This document shows positions 62,456 through 64,000 of a stretch of 64,000 nucleotides of DNA, piece by piece (within the stretch, counting starts at the first letter, position 1; the number at the start of each line of letters is the position of its first letter). Source of the DNA: a virus (taxonomy: Duplodnaviria; Heunggongvirae; Uroviricota; Caudoviricetes; Demerecviridae); the IMG/VR virus record IMGVR_UViG_2974620188_000001, positions 48,317-112,316 of that record. The stretch is one strand, 5' to 3'. A program made the position numbers and the translations under genes. The notes beneath the pieces are model-generated. The model did not search any database and was not told the origin of the DNA. It worked only from the letters and a program-made list of their open reading frames with translations.

Positions 62456-62738
62456 GCTTATCCTACTGTACAAATATACAGTATTCCTATGTAGTGAATA
62501 ATTCTAATATACCGCTAAAACGTCCTGAATCGCATTCTAACGCGTTTAATTTTGGTGGGGATACTAAAACAAGGGCAAAATTGGAGGAGGCTTGAAAATT
62601 AGTTAGCTCGCTAACGATCACACAAGGCGACACGTAACACCCTAATCATTAGCAGGCTAACCATCGCGGGCGCGGTCAAATGAGAATCATTCTCATTTGA
62701 GAATTGGGGCACTCCCTGATAGTTGCGCCCCATGATTA

Positions 62739-62933
62739 TTAGTCTGGTAGTCGATGCGTGATTTTTTCCTCTTCCCCGTAGGAATCCACTAAATGCTGAT
62801 AATAACCATCGTGATCATAAATCACTTTATCATATTCGCCACGCTCGACCGCTCGCCGGTTTTCCGGCGTATCGGGCACGTAAAAAACATCAACCATTGT
62901 GGTAGTTTTGGTTACAACAATTTTATTGCTCAT
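62739..62933 (-). CDS. hypothetical protein (64 aa)
   Basis: Minus-strand ORF. Confidence 0.45.
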   Translation of the reverse strand: MSNKIVVTKTTTMVDVFYVPDTPENRRAVERGEYDKVIYDHDGYYQHLVDSYGEEEKITHRLPD

Positions 62934-62941
62934 AATAACAC

Positions 62942-63100
62942 CCGTTATTAATTATTTGCGTAAATATACGCTTGCCAATAGTCCGGTTAGAAAACCAGCC
63001 GATACACCAAACGAGGCCACACCGGGAACACTAGCACCATGAGCATATAAAGCCCAGCAAATTACATAAGGCAACAACGGAAACATGCCAGCTATTAAAA
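62942..63100 (-). CDS. putative 52-aa membrane peptide
   Basis: MKKFLIAGMFPLLPYVICWALYAHGASVPG... Below the track cutoff. Confidence 0.3.
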
Positions 63101-63106
63101 ACTTTT

Positions 63107-63451
63107 TCATTGTGCCACCTTTCGAAACGCTGTTTCAATACTATCCGCAGTGGATTGAATATATGCGCCTTTCATGATCAGGCGCTCGGTGCATATTTTG
63201 CGGAAAATATTAATAAAATCATCTTCATTTTCTGCAATTAACGCTTCACCCATAACCTGAACGTCGCAAGATGCAAAGGTCAAAAATTGAAACGCTAGTT
63301 CACGGGCAACGACCGCATTAATCTTATAATGCGCTTTGCCCTCATAAATATTAATAACGCCCTTATAAGCTGGTGAAAGCTGACTCAAGTAATTTGCTAG
63401 CAATGCCGGACGGCAATTAGTAATAAAGCGATTGCCTTCATAAATTACCAT
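63107..63451 (-). CDS. hypothetical protein (~114 aa)
   Basis: Start at MVIYEGNRF behind RBS GGGAGG; the track start is 15 nt upstream. Confidence 0.5.
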   Translation of the reverse strand: MVIYEGNRFITNCRPALLANYLSQLSPAYKGVINIYEGKAHYKINAVVARELAFQFLTFASCDVQVMGEALIAENEDDFINIFRKICTERLIMKGAYIQSTADSIETAFRKVAQ

Positions 63452-63575
63452 TTTATAACCTCCCAATCAGATAACCAGATAAAAGCATAAAAATCCCCAA
63501 TAAAATGGGATCATGCTTAAATAAGGTGGCGGTAAAACCGCCAACCATTGCAAGGAGAATAACAATAACGCTTTT
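63450..63575 (-). CDS. putative 41-aa membrane peptide
   Basis: MKSVIVILLAMVGGFTATLFKHDPILLGIFMLLSGYLIGRL. Confidence 0.3.
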
Positions 63576-63787
63576 CATAGTACCCCACGAAAGGCCGCGT
63601 AAAAGGTGGCAAAATATTTAACCTTTTCAGCTATCACGTTGCCGCGCTTGTCAAATTTTTTCTCGGTAACACGAAAGGCGTTTTTATTCCGTGCTACATA
63701 TTCGATTTTACAGTCTTCCCGTTCGAACGTGTTCACATCCACCAGCTTAAAGCCTTTCGAACGAGCAAGAGAAACGTTGCGAATCAT
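63575..63787 (-). CDS. hypothetical protein (70 aa)
   Basis: Minus-strand ORF. Confidence 0.45.
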   Translation of the reverse strand: MIRNVSLARSKGFKLVDVNTFEREDCKIEYVARNKNAFRVTEKKFDKRGNVIAEKVKYFATFYAAFRGVL

Positions 63788-63798
63788 TTTTATTCTCC

Positions 63799-63972
63799 TT
63801 TATTCATGCAGCCCAGCAAATAAGAAAAAACAGCGATACCCGCGCCAATAGTAACCATTGGTTTTGTATTTACTAAACCGCAATAGGAATCCTGAATACC
63901 ATAAGCGGTGGCGAAAAGAGTCAAAATAGCGCCCAAGATACCCGCCAGAATAGCTCGAAAAATAACCATTTG
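63799..63972 (-). CDS. putative 57-aa membrane peptide
   Basis: RBS AGGAGGCT. MVIFRAILAGILGAILTLFATAYG... Confidence 0.35.
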
Positions 63973-64000
63973 TGATAGCCTCCTAGTTATCGGGGGATAT

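Noticed and set aside
1-64000. Prophage or integrative element (integrase, att sites) or plasmid
   Set aside because: No integrase/recombinase, no repressor-Cro switch and no partition genes. The content is typical of a virulent T5-like phage early region.

Overview
This window appears to be the early-gene region of a T5-like (Tequintavirus-type) lytic coliphage, read on the reverse strand relative to the usual T5 map. That call rests on recalled similarity to T5 proteins (the 218/137-aa holin and L-Ala-D-Glu endolysin pair, the family-A polymerase N-terminus MKIAVVDKALNN, the split NAD-ligase) and on the gene order; no database search was possible. The T5 promoter signature (AT-rich, -35 TTGCTT / -10 TATAAT, conserved leader ATAAATTGATGAGAGG) recurs more than 30 times on both strands.

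- **Gene content, left to right.**
  - 1-18.3 kb (minus strand): replication and related early genes, namely the N-terminal two-thirds of a family-A DNA polymerase, a DnaG-like primase, a DnaB-like helicase, a D5-like DNA-binding protein, a split NAD-dependent DNA ligase (A and B), a ~930-aa P-loop origin-binding/helicase-like protein behind a ~480-nt leader, tandem paralogs, a HAD phosphatase, a Sir2-family protein and anaerobic RNR NrdD.
  - 18.5-30.6 kb (plus strand): nucleotide metabolism (PhoH, class Ia RNR NrdA/NrdB, DHFR, ThyA, RNase H) followed by small early genes.
  - 30.6-43.7 kb: a dense tRNA cluster (about 27 tRNA genes plus tRNA-like and structured small-RNA loci) interleaved with small ORFs, each block led by a T5-type promoter.
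  - 43.6-61 kb: a GrcA-like glycyl-radical cofactor, a dNMP kinase, a ClpP-like protease, the holin plus L-Ala-D-Glu endolysin pair, a thioredoxin, two metallophosphatases and many tiny membrane peptides.
  - 61.0-62.5 kb: a long repeat/palindrome/DnaA-box region resembling the T5 injection-stop-signal / terminal-repeat boundary.
  - 62.5-64 kb: small minus-strand ORFs of somewhat higher GC content.
- **System-level reading.** No integrase, CRISPR or canonical defence system is present. The novelty candidates are RNA-level (atypical tRNAs, oversized tRNA-like loci, stem-closed small RNAs, long structured leaders) plus a Sir2/HAD module and a GrcA+NrdD pairing.
- **Accuracy.** Coordinates were placed by hand, and short features such as tRNAs and promoters may be off by 1-2 nt.
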